A DNA stretch of 32,000 nt from positions 20,100-52,099 of the forward strand of contig NZ_JAQFIQ010000013.1 in the NCBI RefSeq assembly GCF_029504745.1, read 5' to 3'. Of this stretch, positions 1 through 8,420 are shown piece after piece. How positions within the stretch are numbered: position 1 is the first letter of the stretch; the number at the start of each line of letters is the position of its first letter. The position numbers and the translations under genes are program-made. The notes under the pieces were generated by a model. That model had not been told where the DNA came from. It searched no databases and worked only from the letters and a program-made list of their open reading frames with translations. Origin of the DNA: Breznakia sp. PF5-3. Lineage in GTDB: Bacteria; Bacillota_I; Bacilli_A; Erysipelotrichales; Erysipelotrichaceae.

Positions 1-674
1 CACTAGGAAAAGTAAAAACTATATCTTTACAAGTTATAGGAACTAAAAAAGCAGAAATATTAAATGATTTAGAAACAAAATTAAACTATGATATTGAAGC
101 AAAACAGCCTGGGAAATTGTATGTTAATGATGAGTATATAAACTGTTATTTAGTAGCTTCTTCAAAAAAGGAGTGGAATCAATATGCAGCAATGGAATAT
201 ATTACATTGTCATTGTTTTGTGAAAGTCCTAAATGGATTACAGAAAAAACATATGATTTCTCAATATATGAAAAAAATTCAATTGATGGAGGATTTCATT
301 TTCCTTTGAGTTTTCCAGTTTCATTCAAATATTCATGGAAGAATATGGACATTTTAAATAATCACTATGCTCCAGTAAAGTGTAAGCTGTATTTTTATGG
401 ACCTATTAAAGATCCGAAGGTAAGAATAGGTGAAAACTTATATGCTATGAATGGTGAGTTACTTGATAGTGAACGTTATATTATTGATCAAAATGATAAA
501 ACGATTGTGAAGATTACTGCTGCTGGAGAAATAGTGAACTGTTTTGATGAAAGAGATAAGAGCAGCTCTATATTTTTACCAATTCAAATTGGTGAAAATA
601 AAGTTGACTACGATGGAACGTTCTCTTTTTCAATTTGCCTATATACAGAAAGGAATGAGCCTAGATGGATATAG
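1..674 (+). CDS. Phage tail structural protein (distal-tail-like), 5'-truncated by the window edge
   Basis: The reading frame is open from the window edge (LGKVKTISLQVIGTKK...) into the listed ORF, whose first codon at 117 is TTG. The gene therefore most likely starts upstream of the window. It overlaps the next gene by 10 nt and sits in a tail -> holin -> lysin order. Product is assigned by context and weak family resemblance only. Confidence 0.5.
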   Translation, partial: LGKVKTISLQVIGTKKAEILNDLETKLNYDIEAKQPGKLYVNDEYINCYLVASSKKEWNQYAAMEYITLSLFCESPKWITEKTYDFSIYEKNSIDGGFHFPLSFPVSFKYSWKNMDILNNHYAPVKCKLYFYGPIKDPKVRIGENLYAMNGELLDSERYIIDQNDKTIVKITAAGEIVNCFDERDKSSSIFLPIQIGENKVDYDGTFSFSICLYTERNEPRWI

Positions 675-1702
675 TACATGCAAAAGTAGTTAAAGAAGAT
701 GATTTAAGATTTAAAGAATGCGGGATCATAAAAAACTACAGTAAGGCTGAATTTTCACTGCATAAAGAATTGGATATGAATAAAAATGATTTTGAAATTC
801 AGATGAGTCAAAGTGCATGGTTGAGTGCACCAATTGTATGTGGAGATTGGGTATATATTGCAGAGAGTGAGTGGGGAGGAAGGGTAGAAAAGATAACTCA
901 TACAGAAGAAATGATAAAAGTATCAGGTGTAAACTTTCGCTATCTTTTAAATCGAGACGTTTTACTTCCTCCATATAATCAAACAACGAAGAAACGCGAG
1001 AAATTATTAAATGTTAATGGATATATAGAAGATTTGATAACACAGATAAAAGATTATTCATTGTCACAAGAATGTTTAGGACTTTGTATGATAGATGATA
1101 CAGGCGAGAATATATTAGTAGAAGGAGAAATCGGATATTTAACATATATGGAAGCATTAGAAAAACTAATTGAAAATGAAGATATTTATATTAGTGTTCG
1201 ACATAATAGTGTTAATGATAAATTAATGATTTCAATAAAAGAGCTTGGAGTGTATGAAGATACAATTAATAAAGACTATAATATCGAAATTGATTCTTCA
1301 ATAGATGAAAGTGAGAAAGTAGATCTCATTATTGGAAATAGCACAAGTGACGAGGGGAATTATCAAGTTTTTATGTATCGAGATGAAACGGGTGCGATTA
1401 CAGAATTGGATTTAAATGAAACACACATAGATACGAATACAATCATTAAGCAAATCTTTGTTGATGAAAAAGTAAATTCTCTTGATGAACTAAAGAAAAA
1501 AGTGCTGGAAACTTTTAGTAAACAGAGTTTAAAGAAAACAATAGAATTGTTTTTAAAAACAGAGATAGTAAATTTTAATATTGGTGATGTAATTTCTGGT
1601 ATTGATGAAATAACCACACTGGAAATCAAAACAAGGATTATAGAAAAGAAGTTAGTAATAAATGAAAAAGGCCATAGTATTGAATATAAGGTAGGTGATT
1701 AG
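665..1702 (+). CDS. Phage minor structural / baseplate-type protein
   Basis: 345-aa ORF whose ATG overlaps the stop of the upstream tail gene and which abuts the next gene (stop 1700-1702, ATG 1703). It is acidic and has no host-like motifs. Its position between tail and lysis genes supports the call. Confidence 0.45.
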   Translation: MDIVHAKVVKEDDLRFKECGIIKNYSKAEFSLHKELDMNKNDFEIQMSQSAWLSAPIVCGDWVYIAESEWGGRVEKITHTEEMIKVSGVNFRYLLNRDVLLPPYNQTTKKREKLLNVNGYIEDLITQIKDYSLSQECLGLCMIDDTGENILVEGEIGYLTYMEALEKLIENEDIYISVRHNSVNDKLMISIKELGVYEDTINKDYNIEIDSSIDESEKVDLIIGNSTSDEGNYQVFMYRDETGAITELDLNETHIDTNTIIKQIFVDEKVNSLDELKKKVLETFSKQSLKKTIELFLKTEIVNFNIGDVISGIDEITTLEIKTRIIEKKLVINEKGHSIEYKVGD

Positions 1703-2542
1703 ATGGCACAAAAAGGAATTATTAAAAATACAACAGATAATGAATCATATATATCAGCTAGTGATTGGGCATATATGCAAGATTCATTAATAGGACAATC
1801 TGGGGTAATGGATTATAAAGAAAGATTAGAAGTAGTAAAAATTAACGATAATACAGTTAGGATTAAAAGTGGAGTATATTTTTTGAATGGAAAAGCAATT
1901 GTTGTCGATAATTATGAAGATATCACAATTGATAGTGGCTCGCTTGGAGTAAAACGATATGATTATATTATTGCTGAGTATGTCAAAGATGGAGAATCTG
2001 AAGGTAATGATTTTTTAGGGTTTAGAGTATTGAAAGGAATCCCATCAGCAGATATACCTCAAAAACCCGAGCTTACAAATAATGATGTAGTGGAACAAGA
2101 AATATTATGTTTAATTTATATTGATGAGATTATACTTAGTATTCAAGAAAAGACAGAAAAAGGGATAATTCAATTAAGCCAATTGTATTCAAAAAATGAA
2201 ATAGATGATATGAGGTCAAAAAAAGTATTATTGACGAAACAATCTGTTTCAGCAAATACAAGTATTACTTTAAATGATAGTATTGAAAAATATGATTTTA
2301 TTCTTGTAGAAGTTCAAGGTGATAATTATGGCATTGGCTCTCTTTTAATCAGTGTAAGTGATATTGTTTATTCAAATTCAACATCTACACATCAATATGA
2401 AGCAGTGGCGTTTCAGAAGGCGGCGGTGTATGCAGCAGTACAATTTAGGTTTACAAATGCTACGACATTGACTACAACAGGACATGTTGTTGCAGCATGG
2501 TCGAAAGCTTGGTTTAGAAGAGCTTATGGTATTAGAATATAG
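1703..2542 (+). CDS. Phage tail fibre / receptor-binding-like protein
   Basis: 279-aa ORF, the last structural gene before the holin, which is the usual place for the host-recognition protein. No catalytic motif was recognised. Confidence 0.4.
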   Translation: MAQKGIIKNTTDNESYISASDWAYMQDSLIGQSGVMDYKERLEVVKINDNTVRIKSGVYFLNGKAIVVDNYEDITIDSGSLGVKRYDYIIAEYVKDGESEGNDFLGFRVLKGIPSADIPQKPELTNNDVVEQEILCLIYIDEIILSIQEKTEKGIIQLSQLYSKNEIDDMRSKKVLLTKQSVSANTSITLNDSIEKYDFILVEVQGDNYGIGSLLISVSDIVYSNSTSTHQYEAVAFQKAAVYAAVQFRFTNATTLTTTGHVVAAWSKAWFRRAYGIRI

Positions 2543-2547
2543 TATTT

Positions 2548-2781
2548 ATGAAAAACTTATTTAGAAAAGAATGGTGGATGTTGGCATGTGTAAGAGCATG
2601 TAAAACAATAGCTCAAACAGCAATAGGGATAATCGGGACAAATATCCTCATAACAGATGTTAATTGGATTATTGTCTTGTCATCATCACTTTTATCAGGG
2701 TTAATTTCACTTCTTACAAGCATTCAAGGATTGCCTGAATTGGAAAATGCTACCCATTTAGGTGAAGAAGGAGATGATTAG
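2548..2781 (+). CDS. Holin
   Basis: 77 aa with two hydrophobic helices (WWMLACV...IGIIGT and IIVLSSSLLSGLISLLTSI) and an acidic tail (EEGDD). Its stop TAG (2779-2781) directly abuts the lysin start. Confidence 0.7.
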   Translation: MKNLFRKEWWMLACVRACKTIAQTAIGIIGTNILITDVNWIIVLSSSLLSGLISLLTSIQGLPELENATHLGEEGDD

Positions 2782-3576
2782 TTGAAAAAAGGACAGACGA
2801 GTGTTCGTAATGGTATAGAAGATATTTTATTTCCAATGGAAATATGCAATATTACACAAGGTGATAATGAAGGAACACATAAAGGAACTTATGCTGTTGA
2901 TTTAGCTGGAAAAGACAGCGGAAGAGATTATGCCTATTTTCCCTTTAGTGCAAGAAGTGTAGCATTAGATAGTGCTAAAAATGGAAATGCAGTGATATGG
3001 GAAAGCTTACATAAAGTACGTTTTGCAGATGGAACGATTGACTATTGTTGTATGATGGTAATTCATGATAATGACCCAACTGGTTTTTCAATAGGGTCTT
3101 CCTATAAGCAAGGTGTTCAAATGGCACAAGAAGGAACCGCAGGAATCGCTAGTGGAAACCATTTGCATGTTGAAGTAGCCAAAGGAAAATACCAAAGAGG
3201 AAATGCAGGGATGTATGAGAAGAACAAATATGGAATTTATCATTTAAAGAATAATATGCCAATTGAAAAAGTATGTTTTATGGACAATACAAAGATTATT
3301 AGAGGTATTGCTGATTGGAAATATTTAAAAGATGTAGATGATGCTATTTCAAAAAAGTTGTATTTACCAAAAGAAGCAACAGGATGGTATGTATACCCTT
3401 TACATAAACGTCCTGTAATTGGTAACCAAATCGGTTCATTAAATCCCTCAAAATATGGAGGGCTGAGTTATCAGATTTTAGCTACACCAATGAAAGATGT
3501 TGCAACAATTGAAACAAAAGAGTATGGAAAAGTAAATATTTATGTTGCTACCAATACAGGAGCAATTATAAAGTAG
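2782..3576 (+). CDS. Endolysin, M23/LytM-like metallopeptidase with a C-terminal wall-binding region
   Basis: TTG start 8 nt after AAGGAG (2768-2773). GNHLHVEV (HxH) and THKGTYAVD (H..D) resemble M23 zinc-ligand motifs. The gene follows the holin and is followed by a strong terminator. Confidence 0.65.
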   Translation: MKKGQTSVRNGIEDILFPMEICNITQGDNEGTHKGTYAVDLAGKDSGRDYAYFPFSARSVALDSAKNGNAVIWESLHKVRFADGTIDYCCMMVIHDNDPTGFSIGSSYKQGVQMAQEGTAGIASGNHLHVEVAKGKYQRGNAGMYEKNKYGIYHLKNNMPIEKVCFMDNTKIIRGIADWKYLKDVDDAISKKLYLPKEATGWYVYPLHKRPVIGNQIGSLNPSKYGGLSYQILATPMKDVATIETKEYGKVNIYVATNTGAIIK

Positions 3577-3581
3577 ATAGG

Positions 3582-3611
3582 AGACGGTGGTATAAGCTAC
3601 CGTCTTTTTTT
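3582..3611 (+). terminator. Rho-independent terminator closing the lysis cassette
   Basis: agacggt (3582-3588) pairs with accgtct (3599-3605), and the stem is followed by a T run to 3611. Confidence 0.8.
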
Positions 3612-3668
3612 ATTGTCGCTTTTGTATATGCATAAAATTTAGTATAATAAGATATAGCGAGGTATGAT

Positions 3669-4727
3669 ATGAGATTATTTACAGTAGGTCCAGTGGAAAT
3701 GTTTGAGCGAACATTAGAAGTTCGTAATAAACAAATCCCTTATTTTCGATGCCAAGAGTTTTCGGATGTAATGTTGGAGATTGAAGAGCGATTAAAAATA
3801 TTATTAAAAACCGATATTGATAGCAAATGTGCAATTATTACAGGTTCTGGTAGTGCTGCTATGGAAGCTGTTGTATCAAATAGCTTAGATGAAAGTGATC
3901 ATGTTTTAGTCATTGATGGTGGTAGCTTTGGAGCAAGGTTTGTCCAACTTTGTGAAATATATAAAATTCCTCATGATGTTGTTAAATTGAAATATGGTGA
4001 AATTTTAAGTGAAGAACATCTAAAGGCTTATGAAGCAAATGAATATACAGCTATGTTAGTGAATGTTCATGAAACAAGCACAGGACAACTATATGATTTG
4101 AAAATGCTCAGTGAATTTTGTGAGAAGAAAAAAATGAAATTGATTGTTGATGCCATTTCAAGTTTCTTAAGTGATGAATATAAAATGGATGAAATGAAAA
4201 TTGATTGTACGATTATTAGTTCTCATAAAGCATTAGCACTAGCACCTGGTTTGAGTATGGTGATGATGAATGCATCTTTTTATGAAGAAAAGGTAAAAAA
4301 TAAACCAGTTAAGAATCTTTACTTGAATTTAAATGAGCATGTAAAGAATATGGAACGAGGGCAAACCCCAAACACTCCAGCAGTGGGTATTTGTTATGAA
4401 ATGCTAGATATGTTGCGTCATATACAAGAAAAAGGAATTCAAAATATTATTCGTGAGACAAGTGCAAGAGCGACTAAGTTTCGATCAAAAATCAAAGAAA
4501 TTGGTCTTGAGATACCAAACTATCCATTAAGTAATACATTAACACCAGTATATTTTAAAGATGGTAATGCATTTGAAATATATGAATATTTAAAAAATAA
4601 TTATGATATTTATGTTACACCTAGTGGAGGAGCGTTAAAAGATAAACTTCTTCGTGTAGGTCATATAGGGCATATGAAGGATGAATATTATGATGATTTA
4701 ATAATGAAAATGAGAGAGGTCTTATAA
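3669..4727 (+). CDS. Class V (AGXT/PhnW-like) PLP-dependent aminotransferase
   Basis: 352 aa with FTVGPV near the N-terminus, GSGSAAMEA, a DAISS aspartate motif and the SSHKAL PLP-lysine motif. Its stop overlaps the next start (TAATG at 4725-4729). Confidence 0.7.
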   Translation: MRLFTVGPVEMFERTLEVRNKQIPYFRCQEFSDVMLEIEERLKILLKTDIDSKCAIITGSGSAAMEAVVSNSLDESDHVLVIDGGSFGARFVQLCEIYKIPHDVVKLKYGEILSEEHLKAYEANEYTAMLVNVHETSTGQLYDLKMLSEFCEKKKMKLIVDAISSFLSDEYKMDEMKIDCTIISSHKALALAPGLSMVMMNASFYEEKVKNKPVKNLYLNLNEHVKNMERGQTPNTPAVGICYEMLDMLRHIQEKGIQNIIRETSARATKFRSKIKEIGLEIPNYPLSNTLTPVYFKDGNAFEIYEYLKNNYDIYVTPSGGALKDKLLRVGHIGHMKDEYYDDLIMKMREVL

Positions 4728-5422
4728 TGAAAGCAATTCTTATGGCTGCAGGAATGGGAACAAGAATTTCATCAGAAACCAATAAACCGAAGAGTTTATT
4801 ACCCCTTAAAAATGAAAGTTTGATTATGCATACGGTTAAGCTACTACAAAAAAATAATATCGATGTGTATATTATCTTAGGATATAAAGGATATACACTT
4901 CGTGAAGAATTAAAAGATATGAATATTACCTTTTTTGAAAATCCTTTTTATGAAGTTACAAATAGTATTGCATCATTATGGTTTGCTCGAGATTTATTAG
5001 ATGGTGAAGATATTCTACTAGCAAATGCAGATGTTTTTTATACACAAGAAATTTTGGATGAATTGGTGAAACAACAAGATGAAGTAACGATGCTTGCTGA
5101 TTCAAGTCGAATCAAAGAAGGTGATTATTTCTTTAAATGTGAAGGTAATAGATTAATAGATTATGGAAAAGAATTAAAGGAAAAAGATCGTAGTTGTGAA
5201 TATGTTGGTATTGCTAAGATAAGTAAAACATTTTTACCAACATTTAAAAAACAATTGGAAGAGCTTGTGACTACAGGACAATATAATTTTTGGTGGGAAA
5301 ATACCTTGTATAGTATGAAAGACGAAGTTGATATTATCGTGAAAGATATCAATGGATATTTTTGGGGAGAAGTAGATACGAAAGAAGATTATCGTCGTAT
5401 TTTAGATTATATTAATAGTTAA
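4727..5422 (+). CDS. LicC/PntC-like nucleotidyltransferase (cytidylyltransferase family)
   Basis: The N-terminal MKAILMAAGMGTRI...KPKSLLPL is the sugar/phospho-alcohol nucleotidyltransferase signature. At 231 aa it matches LicC size. Confidence 0.7.
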   Translation: MKAILMAAGMGTRISSETNKPKSLLPLKNESLIMHTVKLLQKNNIDVYIILGYKGYTLREELKDMNITFFENPFYEVTNSIASLWFARDLLDGEDILLANADVFYTQEILDELVKQQDEVTMLADSSRIKEGDYFFKCEGNRLIDYGKELKEKDRSCEYVGIAKISKTFLPTFKKQLEELVTTGQYNFWWENTLYSMKDEVDIIVKDINGYFWGEVDTKEDYRRILDYINS

Positions 5423-5437
5423 AAAGGGAGGACATGT

Positions 5438-6376
5438 ATGAGATTGAAAAATAGTTTTATAAAAATATTTATCATGTCTCTATGCAATGTCCTTTTTTTA
5501 ATGAATATAGGTTTTATATCTGCTGAAGAAGAGGATGAGGATGTTTGTGGTTTTATCGATGTTTGGTACAAAGAGAGCCGTGTGATTACACATGCACTTG
5601 GTGGCATTGATGGAAAAACTTATACAAATTCAATTGAGGCTTTAGAATATAATTATGAAAATGGAAAACGTTATTTTGAAGCTGATTTCCTAATGACCTC
5701 AGATGGAGGTATTGTATTAAATCATAAATGGGATACGCAAAGGAATTTAGTAGATTATCCAAATGGCTATATACCTAGTAAAGAAGAATTTAAATCCAAC
5801 TTGGTACATTATAAGTATTCGCCTACAACAATTATAGAATTGCTAGATTTTATGGATGCACATCCAGATGTGCGAATTGCTACAGATATTAAATATGATG
5901 ATATAACTCAAGTAGAGCAAATCATTGAAAAAATTGTCTTTGTAGCGAAAGATAGAAAGTATGAAGATGTTTTAGATCAATTTATTATTCAGTTTTATTC
6001 AGAAGATAATTATTTTGAATTAAAAAAATTGTATCCGTTTAAAGATTGGATATATGCACTCTATGCAGAAAAAAACATGGATTATAAAAGAGTGGTTGGA
6101 TTTTGTAAAGAACAAGACATTCATGCTGTTCTAATGTCCTATAAATGGGTTGAAGATGAACACACATTGGATATATTTAATGAACATGATATAAAGGTTT
6201 ATGTTTATACTTTGAACAAATTAGAAGATATTTATACTATGTTAGATTTTGGTGCTTATGGCATTTATAGTGATTATGTCACAAATCGAGATTTGTATTT
6301 AAGAGAAATTTATACTTTAGAAGAAATTGCGAAAGTAAATATGGAGATTGCTATAAAATGGTTGATAAATCCTTGA
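5438..6376 (+). CDS. Secreted glycerophosphodiester phosphodiesterase (GDPD) family protein
   Basis: N-terminal signal-like segment (IKIFIMSLCNVLFLMNIGFISAEE). HALGG...NSIEA...YFEADF matches the GDPD catalytic His/Glu/Asp pattern. The SD AGGGAGG lies upstream. Confidence 0.65.
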   Translation: MRLKNSFIKIFIMSLCNVLFLMNIGFISAEEEDEDVCGFIDVWYKESRVITHALGGIDGKTYTNSIEALEYNYENGKRYFEADFLMTSDGGIVLNHKWDTQRNLVDYPNGYIPSKEEFKSNLVHYKYSPTTIIELLDFMDAHPDVRIATDIKYDDITQVEQIIEKIVFVAKDRKYEDVLDQFIIQFYSEDNYFELKKLYPFKDWIYALYAEKNMDYKRVVGFCKEQDIHAVLMSYKWVEDEHTLDIFNEHDIKVYVYTLNKLEDIYTMLDFGAYGIYSDYVTNRDLYLREIYTLEEIAKVNMEIAIKWLINP

Positions 6377-6401
6377 CATTTTAATAAATAAGTTATACTA
6401 T
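6373..6401 (+). promoter_or_regulatory. Sigma-A promoter of the infC operon
   Basis: Perfect TTGACA (6373-6378), a 17-nt spacer, then TACTAT (6396-6401). Confidence 0.7.
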
Positions 6402-6536
6402 TAGTGAGCAAGAAAGTTAGTAGAAAGCAGAAGTCCCACTTCTCACCTGCTGTCAGATAAGACAAAGGTTTACAGCTACATCATTAGATAACATAATGAC
6501 AAGTATGTAAAGTGGGCAATTTATGCTCACTTTTTA
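6402..6536 (+). promoter_or_regulatory. L20-leader-type transcription attenuator upstream of infC
   Basis: Terminator: agtgggca (6511-6518) pairs with tgctcact (6524-6531), followed by TTTTT. An upstream near-copy agtgagca (6403-6410) is a perfect alternative partner for the same 3' arm. An internal hairpin agaagt-ccc-acttct lies at 6429-6443. The layout matches the Firmicute infC-rpmI-rplT leader. Confidence 0.65.
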
Positions 6537-6556
6537 TATGCGAGGAGGTGTCTGTT

Positions 6557-7099
6557 ATTAGAAAAGTAGTACCAAATAATGTCAATACAGATTTAGTAAA
6601 TGAAAAGATCCGTTTTAGAGAAGTGCTTGTAATTGACGCAGATGGAACACAATTAGGTGTGATGAGCCGTGATGAAGCATTGAAGGTGGCGTATGATCAA
6701 GAATTAGACTTGTTGTGTGTGGCTCCGAAAGGAAACCCACCAGTATGTAAGATTTTAGATTATGGACGTTATCGTTTTGAAGCGCAAAAAAAGGAAAAGG
6801 AAGCGAAGAAGAATCGACATGTTGTTGAGTTAAAATCGCTACGTTTGCCGCCAAATATTGATAAACATGATTTTGATACAAAATTACGTCATGCACGTAA
6901 GTTTATTGAGCAAGGTCATAAAGTAAAAATCGATATGCGTTTTAGAGGACGTTTGATTACTAGGGTTGATGTTGGTAGAAAAGCAATGAATCAATTCATT
7001 GAAGAAATATCAGATATTGCACAAGTAGAGAAAAGGGCGTCACTTGAAGGGAATACAATGTCTTGTGTGTTAGCCCCACTCACAAAGAAAGCTAAGTAG
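6557..7099 (+). CDS. infC: Translation initiation factor IF-3
   Basis: Strong IF-3 sequence (PPVCKILDYGRYRFEAQKKEKEAKK, DKHDFDTKLRHARKFIEQGHKVK). An in-frame ATT at 6557 lies 9 nt after GGAGG (6543-6547). The ORF-track start (GTG 6512) lies inside the leader terminator stem. Confidence 0.85.
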   Translation: MRKVVPNNVNTDLVNEKIRFREVLVIDADGTQLGVMSRDEALKVAYDQELDLLCVAPKGNPPVCKILDYGRYRFEAQKKEKEAKKNRHVVELKSLRLPPNIDKHDFDTKLRHARKFIEQGHKVKIDMRFRGRLITRVDVGRKAMNQFIEEISDIAQVEKRASLEGNTMSCVLAPLTKKAK

Positions 7100-7111
7100 G
7101 AGGAAAAGAAT

Positions 7112-7306
7112 ATGCCAAAGATGAAATCACATAGTGGATTAGCAAAACGTGTGAAGAAAACAGGTTCTGGTAAATTAAAAAGAAGCCATGCTTATACATC
7201 TCACCGTTTCCATGGGAAAACAAAAAAACAAAGAAGACATTTAGCGAAGTCAGCATTAGTAAGTAAGAGCGATTATAAACGTATCAAGCTAATGCTGCCA
7301 AAATAG
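7112..7306 (+). CDS. rpmI: 50S ribosomal protein L35
   Basis: [24 protein letters not shown]... is the typical L35 sequence. An AGGAGG SD lies upstream. Confidence 0.95.
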   Translation: MPKMKSHSGLAKRVKKTGSGKLKRSHAYTSHRFHGKTKKQRRHLAKSALVSKSDYKRIKLMLPK

Positions 7307-7323
7307 GATAGGAGGAATTTGAT

Positions 7324-7914
7324 ATGCCAAGAGTAAAAGGTGGAACAGTAACACGCGCTAGAAGAAAAAAGACGATTAAATTAGCGAAGGGGTACTTTGG
7401 ATCAAAACACATCCTATACCGTACAGCTAACGAACAGGTAATGCATTCATTGAAATATGCTTACCGTGATAGAAGACAATTGAAACGTGATATGCGTAAA
7501 TTATGGATCTCACGTATCAATGCAGCTGCAAGAATGAATGGATTAAGCTATTCAAAATTAACTTGTGGATTAAAATGGGCGAACATTCAGATTAACCGTA
7601 AAATGTTATCAGAAATGGCAATCCATGATGAAAAAGGATTTACAGCAATCTGTGATGCAGCTAAGAAAGCATTAGAAAAAGGTCCACAAGCTGTTAAAGA
7701 AGAAAAAGCTCCAGCAGCTAAAAAAGCAGAAGCAAAAACAGTTGATACTGAAAAGAAAACAACAGCTAAAAAAGCACCTGCTAAAAAAGTAGCAAAAGCA
7801 GACGAAGAAAAGCCTGCAGCTAAGAAAACAACTGCAAAAAAAGCAGATGAAGAGAAAAAGCCAGCAGCAAAGAAACCAGCGGCGAAAAAAACAGAAGCTA
7901 AGGACAAAGAGTAA
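7324..7914 (+). CDS. rplT: 50S ribosomal protein L20 with a 77-aa Lys/Ala-rich C-terminal extension
   Basis: Residues 1-119 are canonical L20 ([16 protein letters not shown]...[10 protein letters not shown]...). Residues 120-196 are AAKK/PAKK-type low-complexity sequence in the same frame with no intervening stop. Confidence 0.9.
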   Translation: MPRVKGGTVTRARRKKTIKLAKGYFGSKHILYRTANEQVMHSLKYAYRDRRQLKRDMRKLWISRINAAARMNGLSYSKLTCGLKWANIQINRKMLSEMAIHDEKGFTAICDAAKKALEKGPQAVKEEKAPAAKKAEAKTVDTEKKTTAKKAPAKKVAKADEEKPAAKKTTAKKADEEKKPAAKKPAAKKTEAKDKE

Positions 7915-7932
7915 TCTTTACTATCTGCCCTT

Positions 7933-8397
7933 ATGGAAAAAAACTATGAAATTCGACACACTCTTAACGAACTATTAGTTGGGTTGTTCAACTATATTTT
8001 ATATATTGAGGAACGTAACTTAAAAGATAAGGGAGTAGACCTTTCAATGAATGAAGTTCATATCATTGAAAATATCGAAAAGGGAAGTGACAACTCTATG
8101 TCACATTTGGCTGGAAGAATGATGGTAACCCAAGGAACTTTAACTACCAATGTCGCTAAATTAATCAAAAAAGGATATGTTGAAAAATATCGTGATGAAA
8201 AAGATAAACGTGTATTTCGGTTAGTATTGACGGAAAAAGCGAAGCCTATTTTATCGATTCATGAAGATTTTCATCATAACTTGATTGACAAAGCTATTGG
8301 AGATTTAGGACTTGATGAAAATATTGTTCTGAACCAGACACTTGAAGGTATCTTAGCATACTTTCGAGAAGAATATCGAAATAAGGCGAATATTTAA
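7933..8397 (+). CDS. fabT: MarR-family regulator, FabT-like
   Basis: 154 aa. The N-terminal pattern LNELLVGLFNYILYIEERNL...LSMNEVHIIENI resembles streptococcal FabT. A winged-helix segment is present (GTLTTNVAKLIKKGYVEKYRDEKDKRV). The gene lies immediately upstream of the fab/acc operon. Confidence 0.65.
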   Translation: MEKNYEIRHTLNELLVGLFNYILYIEERNLKDKGVDLSMNEVHIIENIEKGSDNSMSHLAGRMMVTQGTLTTNVAKLIKKGYVEKYRDEKDKRVFRLVLTEKAKPILSIHEDFHHNLIDKAIGDLGLDENIVLNQTLEGILAYFREEYRNKANI

Positions 8398-8420
8398 AGC
8401 ACCGAAAGGTGTTTTTTTTG
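8397..8420 (+). terminator. Weak rho-independent terminator after the MarR gene
   Basis: The short stem gcacc-gaaa-ggtgt (8399-8412) is followed by an 8-T run. Confidence 0.45.

Larger units (their letters stand above)
1..3611 (+). mobile_element. Prophage right arm (partial): tail, holin and endolysin module
   Basis: Canonical late-gene order with overlapping or abutting genes. It ends at a terminator and is followed by unrelated gene types. The true attR could lie at ~3612-3668 or after 6376. Confidence 0.75.

Noticed and set aside
6512-6556. ORF-track GTG start of infC at 6512
   Set aside because: It lies within the leader terminator stem and upstream of the SD at 6543-6547. IF-3 genes classically start at AUU, and an in-frame ATT sits at the correct distance (6557).
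7587-7907. 106-aa minus-strand ORF antisense to the 3' half of rplT
   Set aside because: It is the mirror image of the Lys/Ala low-complexity tail (AAG/GCA codons read as F/A-rich on the opposite strand). It has no SD and lies fully inside a highly conserved gene.
7681-7911. Degenerate gcagctaaaaaa-type repeats considered as a non-coding tandem repeat or VNTR
   Set aside because: The units are imperfect and stay in frame with rplT with no stop, so they are better explained as coding low-complexity sequence. This is reported as a finding on the protein instead.
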